The position numbers were made by a program, and so were the translations under genes. Positions 31,400-48,464 of a DNA stretch of 64,000 bases are shown piece after piece. Source of the stretch: the human T2T-CHM13v2.0 reference genome, Homo sapiens; the NCBI RefSeq assembly GCF_009914755.1, contig NC_060934.1. One strand, given 5' to 3'. The stretch's first letter is position 1, and every line of letters begins with the position of its first letter. The notes beneath the pieces were generated by a model. The model was not told the DNA's origin. It did not search any database and saw nothing but the letters and a program-made list of their open reading frames with translations.

Positions 31400-34124
31400 G
31401 AGTTATTAACTTCTTAAGAGCAATGTGCTAATAAATACTCATTGATGACCAGCTCAAATTTAGGTCATTCAGACATCCAGACACTGGGGCACATATTCTG
31501 CAAGCAATGCTGAGACCCCTGACATAGAGAAAGCAAAGGATATGCCTATGATTAGTCTAAAATGCAGCCATCACCCCCCATACCTCTTCTATGGCATTCA
31601 TCCTAACATCATGGAGGCCTTTGTCCTAGAGAATTATGTGACTTGCCCTAGAGAATTAGTGAATGACCAAAAAGAGACTTTCCATTTATCTTCCTTTGAC
31701 TTAAAAGGCATGAAAATAAGGCAAAAAAATCAATAAAATAATTTTCCTGAGGAAAGGTTAAGAGATGGCACTTTCCTTTCCGGGCCCAGAGCTGGATTTC
31801 TCTGAGGTTTGACCATCTCAGGACTCAGACAGACTCCAGTGCTATTTTCTGGACATTTGTGGTGAAGCCTCAGCCACCATGTTCAAGGTGGTTTGAATGA
31901 AAACATACTCAGATTGTCACATTTATAGCAGGGAAATAAAAACTCAAATTAGGCATCCTGCAGCAGGCTACTCTGAAAATAACATTAGGCAACATCAGAG
32001 CTTCACTTGCAAAGAAATGTTAAAATCATTTTAGGGAAATCAGTGAAGTCTCTTTAGAAACAGACATCTTGTGTATGGCGTAACCCAGTCTTGGGGCCCT
32101 CACGGAGAAGAGGGGGAAGTCTTTTCATTGATTGGTCAAAACAAATCTCTCATTTGCCTGATTTGAAGCATTTCAACAGTGCCTGGAGAGTACATTATTT
32201 TCAGGGGAAAAAAAGGAGAGAGTCTTTTTTATATGCCAGCTGGGATCATGGGAACTTCGAATGCCAGGAATTTACTACTGTTTCTGGTAATTCTGTGTGT
32301 AGTCATTTGAAATGTTGAAGTGTGAAAAGAGAAGAAATTGGGCACTTCTTGCGGCGGGGGAGGGGGGAGGGGGGGGCGGTGGCTTTCCAGATTTTATGCC
32401 AGTTGCACCAGCATGCAGAATATTTGTAATGCATTTCAAAGTGGATATAATGGCACCCTTTGTCAGAATCACAAAGCTCACTGCGGCACTGCTACAAGAG
32501 GACACTGAGGAAAATCTGGCCCTATGAACCTAGTCAACCCCAAGCAAAAAGAATGACTATGTGTGTGAGTGCAGCACATGGCCAGTTCGTTTCTCACTGT
32601 TTTGGAAAGCCCTGTGTGCCAAACCAAGGACGTGTCTTTCAGGGAAAGGTTAATTTTCCGAAGTTTATTAAAATAGAACTTGGAAAACCAAGCATTTTGA
32701 ATTTATTCCAGTCCTCTGGGCATCATTCCTATTTCTTCTGCCATGTCAAGGAGAAATTCCAAGCCTGCATTCTGTCATGCTAAAATAACCAGCCCATACT
32801 TCTCGGTGACCTTCTGTTGAACGTACCTGAGCCTGCAAATGTAAAAATGATTGTATCTGAATTTGCACTAATGGTGTCTGAGAGCAAAAAGAGTGTGACC
32901 TCTATTGGAAACCTTTGTTCAAATTCAATAATTCAGAGATGCTACATACTTCTGCAAGCTTCCTGATTATGTTCACTGTAATATTAATGACCTAAGTTTG
33001 AATGTATTTCCTTACAGTCCATTAATTTGACATCCATCTTTTACCTGGGGATTATTACAATTGCAATAAGTCATTAATGTTTTCTTCACACAGCTTCTTA
33101 AACCAAGTTTCTCTGCAGCTCTTTCGGTTCTGCTTACAGTGTGTGGGAAATCTGATTTTTTTCCCCTAGTAATAGTTTGATAAGAAATTTAGTGTATTGA
33201 CTGCCTCAGTGACACAATTTATCTTTAAAGGTGTGGAAGCTGGTGGGGACCAAATGTTACCTGTGTTTTTGCTGTTGATTGCTATTTTCAGAAGCAAACC
33301 ATGTTTTTCACTTACAGTAGGAGTCAACAAATTTGGGATTTTAGAAGGGGGAGGAGGGAGCTATTTGTGTAAGACTGCTGTCATATTTGACTACATATTA
33401 AAAACAGTAAATGAGCATTTTGTTTTAATTTCTTAAATACCTTGTCTTTCAACATACGTTTTGTTTCCTTTCTTCCATTAGTGTTCAAAAGGTTCTACCC
33501 ATTGTGGAAGAAATTCTGTGTGCAGAATTCAGAGGCACAAGGCTGATGGCAAGATAGAAAGTTATTTTGCTTCTAAACCCACCCCGATGTGGAAACTGAT
33601 ACTAGCTAGAGGGAGCTGTAGAAAACAAAGATTTCAGGATTGCACAGTGTGTGGGCAATGGGATGGAGACTTTTTCCCCTATTCCCAGCCACAGTGCCCA
33701 AGCGTTCAAGTCTCCTGGATCAGACAGATGGGATTTTAGCTGCTGCTTTAAATCCTAGTGCTGGAATAAGTCAAGGTACTTCAGTTCAGCTCTTGCCTCT
33801 GTCACTAATCTTGCTTTATGAACTCCTTTGATTTTCTGAATAAGTTCCAGAAGGTTCTCTATTATTCTGTCCTTCTTCCAAACTGGAAATGGCTGTATCT
33901 AATTCTCAGGATATTTTGGATGTGTGCCTCAGGTAATTTATGTGGAATGTGTAAAGCAAGATGTCTCCAATTCTGAATATTCCTTCCCCTTTTCCCAATC
34001 CTCCACTCTTGGACTACCTTTATAACAACACCGAGTACGCACAGACCTGAACCCATGCCCAAGAAGCACACACAATGACTGGAGCTGTCGGGAATTCCTG
34101 TCAGTGGCATTCCCTGAGCACTGG

Positions 34125-34256
34125 CTCTGTACAACTCAATTATAATTTTTTAAGAATCATACCTCTGTATAGATCTTTTGGACTGTACTGATTAAACTTT
34201 GATATTGTGGAGTAAATTCAGAAGTGCAATTTTAAATGGTGTGAATTGTCTTTATG
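34125..34256 (+). terminator. Distal polyadenylation cassette of PLXDC2
   Basis: Three TGTA (CFIm) motifs at ~34128, ~34166 and ~34184, ATTAAA 34191-34196, AGTAAA 34211-34216, downstream TGGTGTGAATTGTCTTT. Repeat density rises shortly afterwards. Confidence 0.65.
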
Positions 34257-34682
34257 ATGCCAAAAAAAGGAAAATTATTAATGTGAATCATGCAATCTTC
34301 CCTAACAATAGAAAAACATTAGGCCAATGCTCTTAAAAATGACTTAGTGTGTACCATTTCTTTAAATAATTCAATAGACATTTGTTCAGATATATGTTAA
34401 AGGAAAATATGCTAATGACAATCACACAGCTTTTAAATCAGCTATAGATCAATCTCTTATAAATAAAGAGAGCAGATCTTCTCCTCACAGGTTCTCTCTT
34501 CCAAAGCACTATTTTTAGAATCAGAGTCTTCTGATATGCAGTTTGCAGTTTTTCCCCTTCAGTTTATTTTATTAAACATTTATTAAATAACTACTCTGTG
34601 CTATGTGCCCAAGTGTCCGTGTTCTTGACACCAGGGTTACAAAAAAACAAAACCAAACAAAAAACAAAAAATTTTTTGTTGA

Positions 34683-35018
34683 TTTTCTTTTCCTTCCTTC
34701 CTTCCTTTCTTTCCTTTTATTTTATATCTTTTTTTTTTTTTTTTTTGAGACAGGGTCTTGCACTGCTGCCCAGGCTAGGGTGCAGTGGTGGGATCCTGGC
34801 TCACTGCAGCCTCAACTTCCCAAGCTCAGGTGTTCCTCAGGCTCCTGAGTAGCTGAAACTACAGGCATGTACCTGGCTAGCTAAAAGAAATTTTTTTTTT
34901 GGAGAGACAGTGTTCTACCATGTTGCTCAGGCTATATCAGACTCCTGAGCTCAAGAGATCCTCCCGTCCCAGCCTCCCAGAGTACTGGGATTACAGGTAT
35001 GAACCACCGTGCTCAGCC
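34683..35018 (-). mobile_element. AluJ (diverged), inside an L2 remnant
   Basis: GACAGGGTCTTGC, CACTGCAGCCTCAAC, CTCAAGAGATCCTCCC. Confidence 0.88.
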
Positions 35019-36007
35019 AGAATCTTTGCTTCTGATTAGCCTTCAGTGCATTCGGGGAGACAAACATTTAAATAAATATGGCAAACCAAGGACTGTAGGT
35101 CCCAGGCTATAAATTTTACGTAATGCAATGTAATGGCAGAGGAGGGAAGAGTTAATTCTGTGTGGAAAAGGCCAGGAGCTTTCATGAAGCAAGTGGTATT
35201 TGAACTTGGTCTTGAAGGGTGAGTAGGCCTTCCCCAGCCAACAGCCCATGCTTACCAGGGAGCAGGTGGACTAGGAGCTAACGGACTGGCTGTGTCAGAG
35301 GGATCCAAAAGGCAGGCAAGGAGAGGAAGGCTGGAGAGTCACTGAGGCCAGAGCGTTAGACCCTTGATGACCTCCATGACTTTAGAGTTTACCTTCTAAG
35401 CACAGATGCACTTGGTAGCTTTGAAGAACCCCAAATATTTCAGAAAGATCACCTCATAAGCACAGGAATAGATGAATTGCATAGGAGAAAGCTGGGAGGC
35501 CGTTCTGGACATAACTGCTCAAATCTGACTACTGCTTCCTGAGGACTATCCCTTCTTAGTTCTCTGATCGTCCTCTGCATGTCTTCAGTCCTCTATTAAT
35601 AAAAACCCAAGCCCATCAGCACATATGCACTGCCTTTCTCCCCTCGCAGTCACCCCTTCCAGCAAAATATATATTCCCTTTACCCCAAAGTCATGGCACA
35701 ACACAATTGGACAGATTTTCATGTGAAATCAGCCAGACCTCCCCAGGTTTACATATCTCTTTATGCAAGAACTCCCTTTTTCATTTTATTATTAGTATTA
35801 TTATTATACTTTAAGTTTTAGGGTACATGTGCAAAATATGCAGGTTTGTTACATATGTATACATGTGCCATGTTGGTGTGCTGCACCATTTAACTCGTCA
35901 TTTAGCATTAGGTATATCTCCTAATGCTATCCCTACCCACTCCCCTCACCCCACAACAGTCCCTGGAGTGTGATGTTCCCCTTTCTGTGTCCATGTGTTC
36001 TCATTGT

Positions 36008-39847
<3,840 letters not shown>

Positions 39848-39896
39848 TTATCTTGCTCATTAGTTGATGCAGTCTTCTTCTTAGCCTCGATGGTCT

Positions 39897-40910
39897 TTAC
39901 ATTTTGGCATGTTTTTGCAGTGGCTGGTAGCAGTTGTTCCTTTCCATGTTTAGTGCTTCCTTCAGGAGCTCTTTTAGGGCAGGCCTGGTGGTGACAAAAT
40001 CTGTCAGCATTTGCTTGTCTGTAAAGTATTTTATTTCTCCTTCACTTATGAAGCTTAGTTTGGCTGGATATGAGATTCTGGGTTGAAAATTCTTTTTTTT
40101 AAGAATGTTGAATATTGGTCCCCACTCTCTTCTGGTTTGTAGAGTTTCTGCTGAGAGATCCGCTGTTAGTCTGATGGGCTTCCCTTTGTGGGTAACCCGA
40201 CCTTTCTCTCTGGCTGCCCTTAACATTTTTTCCTTCATTTTAACTTTGGTGAATCTGACAATTATGTTTCTTGGTGTTACTCTTCTCGAGGAGTATCTTT
40301 GTGGTGTTCTCTGTGTTTCCTGAATCTGAATGTTTGCCTGCCTTGCTAGATTGAGGAAGTTCTCCTGGGTAATATCCTGCAGAGTGTTTTCCAACTTGGT
40401 TCCATTCTCCCCGTCACTTTCAGATACACCAATCAGACGTAGATTTGGTCTTTTCACATAGTCCCATATTTCTTGGAGGCTTTGTTCATTTCTTTTTATT
40501 CTTTTTTCTCTAATCTTCCCTTCTCGCTTCATTTCATTCATTTCCTCTTCCATCACTGATACCCTTTCTTCCAGTTGATTACATCAGCTCCTGAGGCTTC
40601 TGCATTCTTCACGTAGTTCTTGAGCCTTGGCTTTCAGCTCCATCAGCTCCTTTAAGGACTTCTCTGCATTGGTTATTCTAGTTATCCATTCGTCTATTTT
40701 TTTTTCAAAGTTTTTAACTTCTTTGCCATTGGTTTGAATTTCCTCCTGTAGCTCAGAGTAGTTTGATCATGTGAAGCCTTTTCTCAGCTCGTCAAAGACA
40801 TTCTCCATCCAGCTTTGTTCCGTTGCTGGTGAGGAGCTGCATTCCTTTGGAGGAGGTGAGGTGCTCTGCTTTTTAGAGTTTCCAGTTTTTCTGCTCTGTT
40901 TTTTCCCCAT
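39897..40910 (-). pseudogene. L1 ORF1p with two CGA>TGA stops
   Basis: ATGGGGAAAAAACAG at 40910; TGA at 40767-40769 and 40584-40586; frame maintained; REKG and YPAKLS motifs present. Confidence 0.9.
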
Positions 40911-41961
40911 CTTTGTGGCTTTATCTACTTTTGGTCTTTGATGATGGTGACGTACAGAAGGGTTTTTGGTGTGGATGTCCTTTCTGTTTGTTAGTTTTCC
41001 TTCTAACAGACAGGATCCTCAGCTGCAGGTCTGTTGGAGTTTGCTAGAGGTCCACTCCAGACCATGTTTACCTGGGTATCAGCAGCGGTGGCTGTAGAAC
41101 AGTGGTGGGTGTAGAACAGCGGATCTTGGTGAACTGCAAATGCTGCTGCCTGATGGTTCCTCTGGAAGTTTTGTCTCAGAGGAGTACCCAGCCATGTGAG
41201 GTGTCAATCTGCCCCTACTGGGGGGTGCCTCCCAGTTAGGCTGCTCAGGGGTCAAGGACCCACTTGAGGAGGCAGTCTGCCCATTCTTAGATCTCCAGCT
41301 GCGTGCTGGGAGAACCACTACTCTCTTCAAAGCTGTCAGACAGGGACATTTAAGTCTGCAGTGGTTACTGCTGTCTTTTTGTTTGTCTGTGCCCTGCTCC
41401 CAGAGGTGGAGCCTACAGAGGCAGGCAGGCCTCCTTGAGCTGTGGTGGGCTCCACCCAGTTCAAGCTTCCCGGCTGCTTTGTTTACCTAATGAAGTCAGG
41501 GCGATGGCAGGCGCCCCTCCCCCAGCCTCGCTGCCACCTTGCAGTTTGATCTCATAGTGCTGTGCTAGCAATCAGTGAGACTCCATGGGCGTAGGACCCC
41601 TCTGAGCCAGGTGCGGGATATAATCTCCTGGTGTGCCATTTTTTAAGCCCGTTGGAAAAGCACAGTATTAAGGTGGGAGTGACCCGATTTTCCAGGTGCT
41701 GTCTGTCACCCCTTTCTTTTACTAGGAAGGGGAACTCCCTGACCCCTTGCACTTCACGAGTGAGGCAATGCCTCGCCCTGCTGTGGCTCGTGCATGGTGC
41801 GCTGCACCCACTGTCCTGCACCCACTGGCACTCCCTAGTGAGATGAACCCGATACCTCAGATGGAAATGCAGAAATCACTCGTCTTCTGCGTCGCTCACG
41901 CTGGGAGCTGTAGACCGGAGCTGTTGCTATTTTGCCATCTTGGGTCCACCCTCCTAAACCC

Positions 41962-42074
41962 TTTTTTTTTTTTTCTGAGATGGAGTTTTGCTCTTGTTTT
42001 CCAGGCTGGAGTGCAATGGCACAATCTTGACTCACTGCAACCTCTACCTCCCAGGTTCAAGTGATTCTCCTGCC
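41962..42074 (-). mobile_element. Alu right-arm 3' fragment (~110 bp, AluSp/Sq-like) abutting the L1 5' end
   Basis: T13 followed by CTGAGATGGAGTTTTGCTCTTG...GATTCTCCTGCC. Confidence 0.9.
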
Positions 42075-44014
42075 CCCCTTTTTCATTTTAAACACCCAAG
42101 GCAACCCAGACAACCAACACAGCCTCAGGTGGAGATTAACTTTCCTCCAGATGATGATAATACAAGAAAATGACATATCTCATCAATTTCCTTCCGGTCA
42201 TTCTAGACATCTTATTAATTAAATCACTTGCAATTTGGGTGGAGGGGTTTGAATTTAAGGTGTGGTTCCTGAAATAGCCTAAAAATTTATTTCCTTTTTT
42301 TATATTAGCACTTAACCCATTAATTAGTACTCAGAATTAATGACTTAAAAAATGCTTGTTCAGGAGTGTCTAGGGTTATTACAAAGCTCAGAAAACCTGC
42401 AGTCAAGAAAGGAGTTGAAAAGATCAAATAGCTTCCCATTGAGTTGAGAACCGGATGCATGGTGAAGCCTCCACCACGGAGACACTCAAATGTCTGTTAA
42501 GGGGAGAACTAGACTTTAGAGGGAATCGGAATGTCAGGATTGACAGGAACGAAAGACAAAATCTCCAAGATTTTAGGCAGTCCACAGTCTACAGCTAGAA
42601 GATTTCAAAGGGTGAATGCAAAACTGCCTTTGGATAACTTGAGAGTATATTGAAGTGTTTCAGAGCTCTCTGAGGAGGCAGGTAAACACCTGATTTAGTC
42701 ATCAGGGAAACTATGAAGATGTCAGTCATAAAGGAAACTGATTGGCTCCCATGACCCTGTCTCTGTGTTTAAAGATCATAGCCCTGCAGGGTCCAAGTCC
42801 ATTCACCCTGCAATGGAGCTTGGTTTGTGCCTTGGAGATGTAAGGAGCTGGTGGAAGAACAGGAACCAACTAGTTTGTTATATGTTAGGCCTCCCATTTA
42901 TGGGGAACCAGATTTCATATGTGCAGTTCACTACCATAGAGCGTAGAGTAAACACAGGAAGGAGGAGGAGAATGCAGAAATTGAGAAAAGCTAGAGGTGC
43001 GGACAGGAAGCTACTGCTTCAGCTGGTGCCTATTTTCCTGCTCCAGGCAGTGGGTATGTTAATAACTGTCATCTACACATCTATTTCTCCAAGTCTAAAG
43101 ATAGGGCAATTGTAGATTTTGGAAATTTTTAAAATGTGTCAAAGAGAGAAAATCCAATGAGAATCCTATAAGAGTTTGCAACTTCAGGACAGGTAGAAAC
43201 ACTAGCCTCCACCCGGTAATGCACCTGTTATTTTCTGTGAATTGCTATCACTTTCAAGACACACAGAAGTACTTGGTCTCCCAAAGTAAATAAACTTTAG
43301 AAATGCCAGCATCTCTTGATAAATGTTAATTGACCCCTTTTTAACGTGTATTATTCTAATGTCTGCAGCAAACTTTACTTAAAGCCTTTGATCGTCTACC
43401 AAATATTCCCCTGTCATTTTTTTTTGGTAAACTTTACAAACATTTGGGGGTTGCAGAATCGTGTTCAGCTTTCTTCCCAGAATTTCTTTGTACAATTGCA
43501 ATTTAGCTTTCTTTCCAAATGGATTCATTGTGGCGTGAGACTTGATAGAATGTGAAGCAAATTCTCCTCCTGGAATTTGGCTGTAAGCCTAGAGGATGGG
43601 CTGCATAAATTATTCTAAATGCCATAGAATCTTGCATGTTGTTTCTTTCTAGACTGTTTTAAATCTGCGTCAGGATGCCTGGAAGTGAGACACTGAACAA
43701 GCAAGAGCTCATTGCACAAAAGAGAAATAGTGACTTGCAAAAAAAAAATAAATGAAACATCCTTTTTGTAAAATGTTGTCACTTGGAATTTAATTAAATG
43801 TCATCTTCTTGAGGAAATGTATGTTATTTGAACTAGGCCAGATCCCAGCAGGTTAAACAGCAATAAGGTAAATAAGAAAGGAACAGCCTTGTTAGAGAGA
43901 AAAGTTAAAATGAGGTTGTTGAGATCACAGGAGACTTCTCAGTCACATATGAGGCAATAAACTCCAGCAGAAGGGGTGTGTTCCTGGAAAGGGGAAGGAA
44001 TCCATGTGGATTTT

Positions 44015-44384
44015 AATTATAATTTTAATTTTATTTTAAGTTCAGGGTGTGCAGGTCTGTTACATAGGTAAACGTGTGCCATGGTGGTTTGCTGAACCTA
44101 TCAACCCATCACCTTGGTATTAAGCCCAGCATGCATTAGCTATTTTTCCTGATGCTCTCCCTCCCCCATCCTCCTTCAACAGGCCCCAGTGTGTGTCGTT
44201 CCCCTCTCTGTGTCTATGTGTTCTCATTGTTCATCTCCCACTTATAAGTGAGAACATGGTGTTTGGTTTCCTGTTCCTGCATTAGTTTGCTGAGGATAAT
44301 GGCTTCCAGCTCCATCCATGTCCCTGCAAAGGACATGATCTCCTTTCTTTTTATGGCTGCATAGTATTCCATGATGTATATGTA
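44015..44384 (-). mobile_element. 5'-truncated L1PA (7/8-like), ~370 bp
   Basis: L1PA 3' UTR; TSD CCATG(T/C)GGATTTT at 44002-44014 and 44385-44397. Confidence 0.9.
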
Positions 44385-44768
44385 CCATGCGGATTTTCTA
44401 TTGTTTTGCTTTATGACCTGATGTGAAGCTTTATTAAGGCACTGAGATGAGAGTTCATTTACTTCAGATAGACTGCTGTAATCAGATTGATTTCCTTGTC
44501 ATAAAACCACAACAAATACCTAACCTGGCAGTTGCCATCCAGAGACAGGAAAACACTTAGCGCCCTCTAAAACTGGAAGAAAGGTCCACTGCAAACTACT
44601 CTCTGCCTCTCTCATAAGGATCAAAGCAAGACCCCTGGATTATAAGAAGCCAGCCAAAGTGCATCTGCATTCATGGATACATATATCAGTTTCTTCAGAA
44701 AAATTCTCTCTCTGCCAATAATACATCAGATCATGTGATATCTGCCCATGTAACAATTATGGAAACAA

Positions 44769-45070
44769 GGCCAGGCGTCTTGGCTCACACCTATAATCCC
44801 AGTACTTTGGGAGGCCGAGGCAGGCGGATCACTTGAGGTCAAGTGTTTGAGACCAGCCTAGCCAACATGATGAAACCCCATCTCTACTAAAAATACAAAA
44901 ATTAGCCAGGCTTGGTGGTACACACCTGTAATCCCAGCTACTCAGGAGGCTGAAGTAGGAGAATTGCTTGAACCCAGGAGATGGAGTTTGCAGTGAGCCA
45001 AGATCACACCACCGCACTCCAGCCTGGGTAGCAGGACGAGACTCTGTCTTAAAAAAAAAAAAAAAAAATA
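44769..45070 (+). mobile_element. AluS (Sz-like)
   Basis: Full Alu with poly-A; GAAACAAG flanks. Confidence 0.93.
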
Positions 45071-45865
45071 CAGAAACAAGCTTTGTGACATTGTGCGTGT
45101 GACTTCTCACAGCCCAGGCTACTTCATCTATAAAGTAAAGACAAAAATAGTACCTGATTCCTAGAATTATTATGACAAGTAAATGGTCCAAAATATTTAG
45201 CTTAGTGTTCTGCCATTAAATTCAAGAACCGTTAGCTATGCAACGATTATTGTTGCCAATGAAAGATGCATTGATTTTTGGCAGCAAGAATGCTGTCTTA
45301 CTCCTTGAGGAGATAAACTGAAGGCAAAAAAGCTGAGATGAACAATTAACTGGATGAACAGATTGCAAAATAAGCAATTCAAACTAGAAATTGCATAGGA
45401 GGAAGACCATTTCCCCTACAGTCTTCTTACTCATTCTCCCTCAAGTCTCATTTCTTTCTAGCATTTATGTCAGTATTATTCATCCCCCATTCTAAAATAT
45501 AAAAAAGCAAAAAGAAGGGAATTTCAAACATCAAGTGATTAAAAAATTAAAAATTAAATACCAAAACCCAAGTCTGTATTAAGAACAGATAGTGGGTTAT
45601 GGAATTTAAGGAGGTAACTGCGTTGTATGTTCTTAATTCATTTGTTAATTTATTTATGGTTTTACAGAAAAATCAAATAAGGCTGCTGAGTGTTATTTTG
45701 AAAACTACTTTTATGTTTCTGTATCTAATTTCTCTGTTAGCAAAATGAGGAAAATTTTTCTGACATCTCAAAGTAGTTTAAGAGAGAATTCATAAGTATA
45801 AAATGTTTTAAGCATATGCGGACTTTATATGGATAGCCTAAGTCACAGATTCTAGCCTCTGAACT

Positions 45866-46612
45866 TGTTTATCCACAGACTATTTCTGACACCAAATGTG
45901 TGGTGGATTTTTCCACCCCCAGCCAATTCTCCAGTTTTCCAAACCACTGGGTTTCCTACCATCCACTCAACTCCACTAACTACCCAGGGTGAGCACAGAC
46001 CCAGGGGTGAAGAATTAAGTTTCAAAGGACCACCCCCCATTTCAGATACCAAAAGCAAGTCTTGGGCCAACCACATTTCTGGCTAACCAGGTAAAATTTG
46101 CAGAACCCCACGACACACTTTTCAGGCTCATTAATTTGCTAGAACAGCTCACAGATCTCAGCGAAACCATTGACTCACTGTCACCAGTTTATTGCAAAGG
46201 ATGTAACTCAGGAAGAACCAAATGGAAGAGAGGCATAGGGCAAGATATGGGGGAGGGCACAGGGCTTCCATGCCCTCTCTGGGTGCTCCACCCTCCCAGC
46301 ACCTCCATGTGTTCCCCACCTGGAAGCAGGGATTCTTATGGAGTTCTCATTACAGAGGCATGATTGATTAATCATTGGTCATTGGTGATTGACTCCTTAG
46401 CTAGCCCCTCTCCCCTCCTGGAGGTTATGAGGTGGAGCTCAAAGTGCAATCCTCTAATCAGCCCCCATCCTGAAGCTACCTAGGGGCCCAACAAGAATCA
46501 CTTCTTTAGAACAAAAGATGTTCCTATCGCTTGGGAAATTCCAAGGGATTTAGGAGTTCTGTGTCAGGAACCTGGACAAAGACCAAATATTTATTACTTA
46601 CTGTGTCACACA
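45866..46612. mobile_element. MER21-family LTR
   Basis: TTCTGACACCAAATGTG...TAATTTGCTAGAACAGCTCACAG...AGACCAAATATTT...TCACA. Confidence 0.7.
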
Positions 46613-46693
46613 ACCCTGTGAGTCAGGGATCTTTACCATCCCCCTCTCCTTCTGTGATATGTGCTCTTGCTTATGACAATAGGAATGCACCTG

Positions 46694-46996
46694 CACCAGG
46701 TGTGGTGGGTCACACCTGCAACCCCAGCACTTTGGGATACTGAGGCGGGAGGATTAATTGAGGCCAGGAGTTTGAGGCCAGCCTGTGCAACACAGTGAGG
46801 CCCTATCTCTACAGAAAATTATGAATTTAGCTGACTGTGGTGGTGCTCGCCTTTAGCCCCAGCTACTCAGGAGGCTGATGCAGGAGGATCACTTGAGCCC
46901 AGACATACCAGACTAACAGACTAAAGTGAACAGTTATTGCACCACTGCACTACAGCCTGGGTGACAAGCAAGACACTGTCTCCAAAAAAAAAAAAA
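46694..46996 (+). mobile_element. AluJ
   Basis: Diverged dimer with AluJ diagnostics and poly-A. Confidence 0.88.
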
Positions 46997-47963
46997 GGTA
47001 TATGCCCAGATACTCCCATCATTCCTGAAGCAACTCCAAGTAGATGTCTCTTTGTAATGTGATAGTAAACTCACCTGGGAAGAGCAAACAAAACAAATTC
47101 ATTTATTCAATGCATGTTTGTTGATCACCTTTCAAGATCCAAGTACCATTTCACATGTTGGAAGTAGAGTGATATATTTATGTCACAAATAGTGTTGTTT
47201 TGTGCCAGGCACTGGTCTAAGCACTTTACAGATATTAGTTATTGAATTCTCTTATTATCCTTGTGAGGCAGGTGCTCTTACTGTCACCATGTTACAGAAG
47301 AGAAAAACATTTACTTAGTGGTTGAGCTACTGATCCATGGCCACACAGCAAGGAAGAAGCAGAGACCAAATAAAAACCTGGAGACTTCACTCTTGGCCAC
47401 TACTCCAGGCTGTCTTTGGAAAAAAACAGTAAACAAACAAACAAACAAAACCAGCATAAATCCCTGCCCTCAAGAGTTTATATTCTAGTGAGGAGCTACA
47501 GACAATCAGTTATCTAAGTAATATCTATGTATACATATAGTAAGTTAGAAAATGAATGCTGTGTAGAAAAACAAAAGAGGGGAAAGATCAGGAATGAGAA
47601 GTGGATTTCTCTTTTTAAGTGGGTAATCAGGAAAGGGAACATTTGAGCACTGACCTAAGAGTATTTCAGAAAAAGGGAGCAGCAAGTAGAAAGACCATGC
47701 AGAGGAAACCTTCCAGCACTTTCAGGAAGCAGCTAGGATGTCACTGTGGCCGGCGAGGAATGAGTTAAGGAGAGTTCTATACAGATCAGAGAGAAAACGT
47801 CTGTGTGATCCTGAGAAAGATGGAAAACCAGTGGGGAGTTCAGAGAAGTCCAGGGAGAAGATCTGACTTCCTAACAAAAAGGATTACTCTGGCTTCTGAG
47901 CAGGACAAAGGAAGAAATAGGAGACTAAGTAGGAGGAGGCTGCTAATGTCATCCAATGTCCTA

Positions 47964-48464
47964 TAACAGGGACCTACCATACCAGTCCATGGCTTAGGAA
48001 CTGAGCCACACAGCAAGAGGTGAGTGGCAGGTGAGCAAACAAAGCTTTATCAGTATTTACAGCCACTCCCCATCGCTCGCATTACCATCTGAGCTCTACC
48101 TCCTGTCAGATCTGCAGTGGCATTAGATTCTCATAGGAGAGGAAACCCTATTATGAAATGGGCATGTGAGGGATCTAGGTTGCATGCTCTTTATGAGAAT
48201 CTAATGCCTGATGATCTGCCACTGTCTCCCATCACTCCCAGATGGGACAATCTAGTTGCAGGAAAACACACTCAGGGCTCCCACTAATTCTACATCATGA
48301 TGGGTTGTATAATTATATCATTATATATTATGATGCAATAATAATAGAAAGAAAGTACATAATAATGAGCTTGAATAATCCTAAAACCATCCCTCCACCC
48401 TGGTCTGTGGAAAAATTATCTTCCACAAGACTGGTCCCTGGTGCAAAAAAGGTTGGGGACTGCC
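47964..48464 (+). mobile_element. MER1A (hAT-Charlie)
   Basis: GCATTAGATTCTCATAGGAG...GGATCTAGGTTGCATGCTC...GGTCCCTGGTGCAAAAAAGGTTGGGGACTGC. Confidence 0.85.

Noticed and set aside
32460-32783. 107-aa ORF in unique sequence
   Set aside because: It lies in the PLXDC2 3' UTR, has a non-ATG start in the track and shows no recognisable domain; its length is compatible with chance.
41504-41557. L1 antisense ORF0
   Set aside because: The ATG is present (MAGAPPPASLPPCSLIS) but TAG at codon 18 truncates it.
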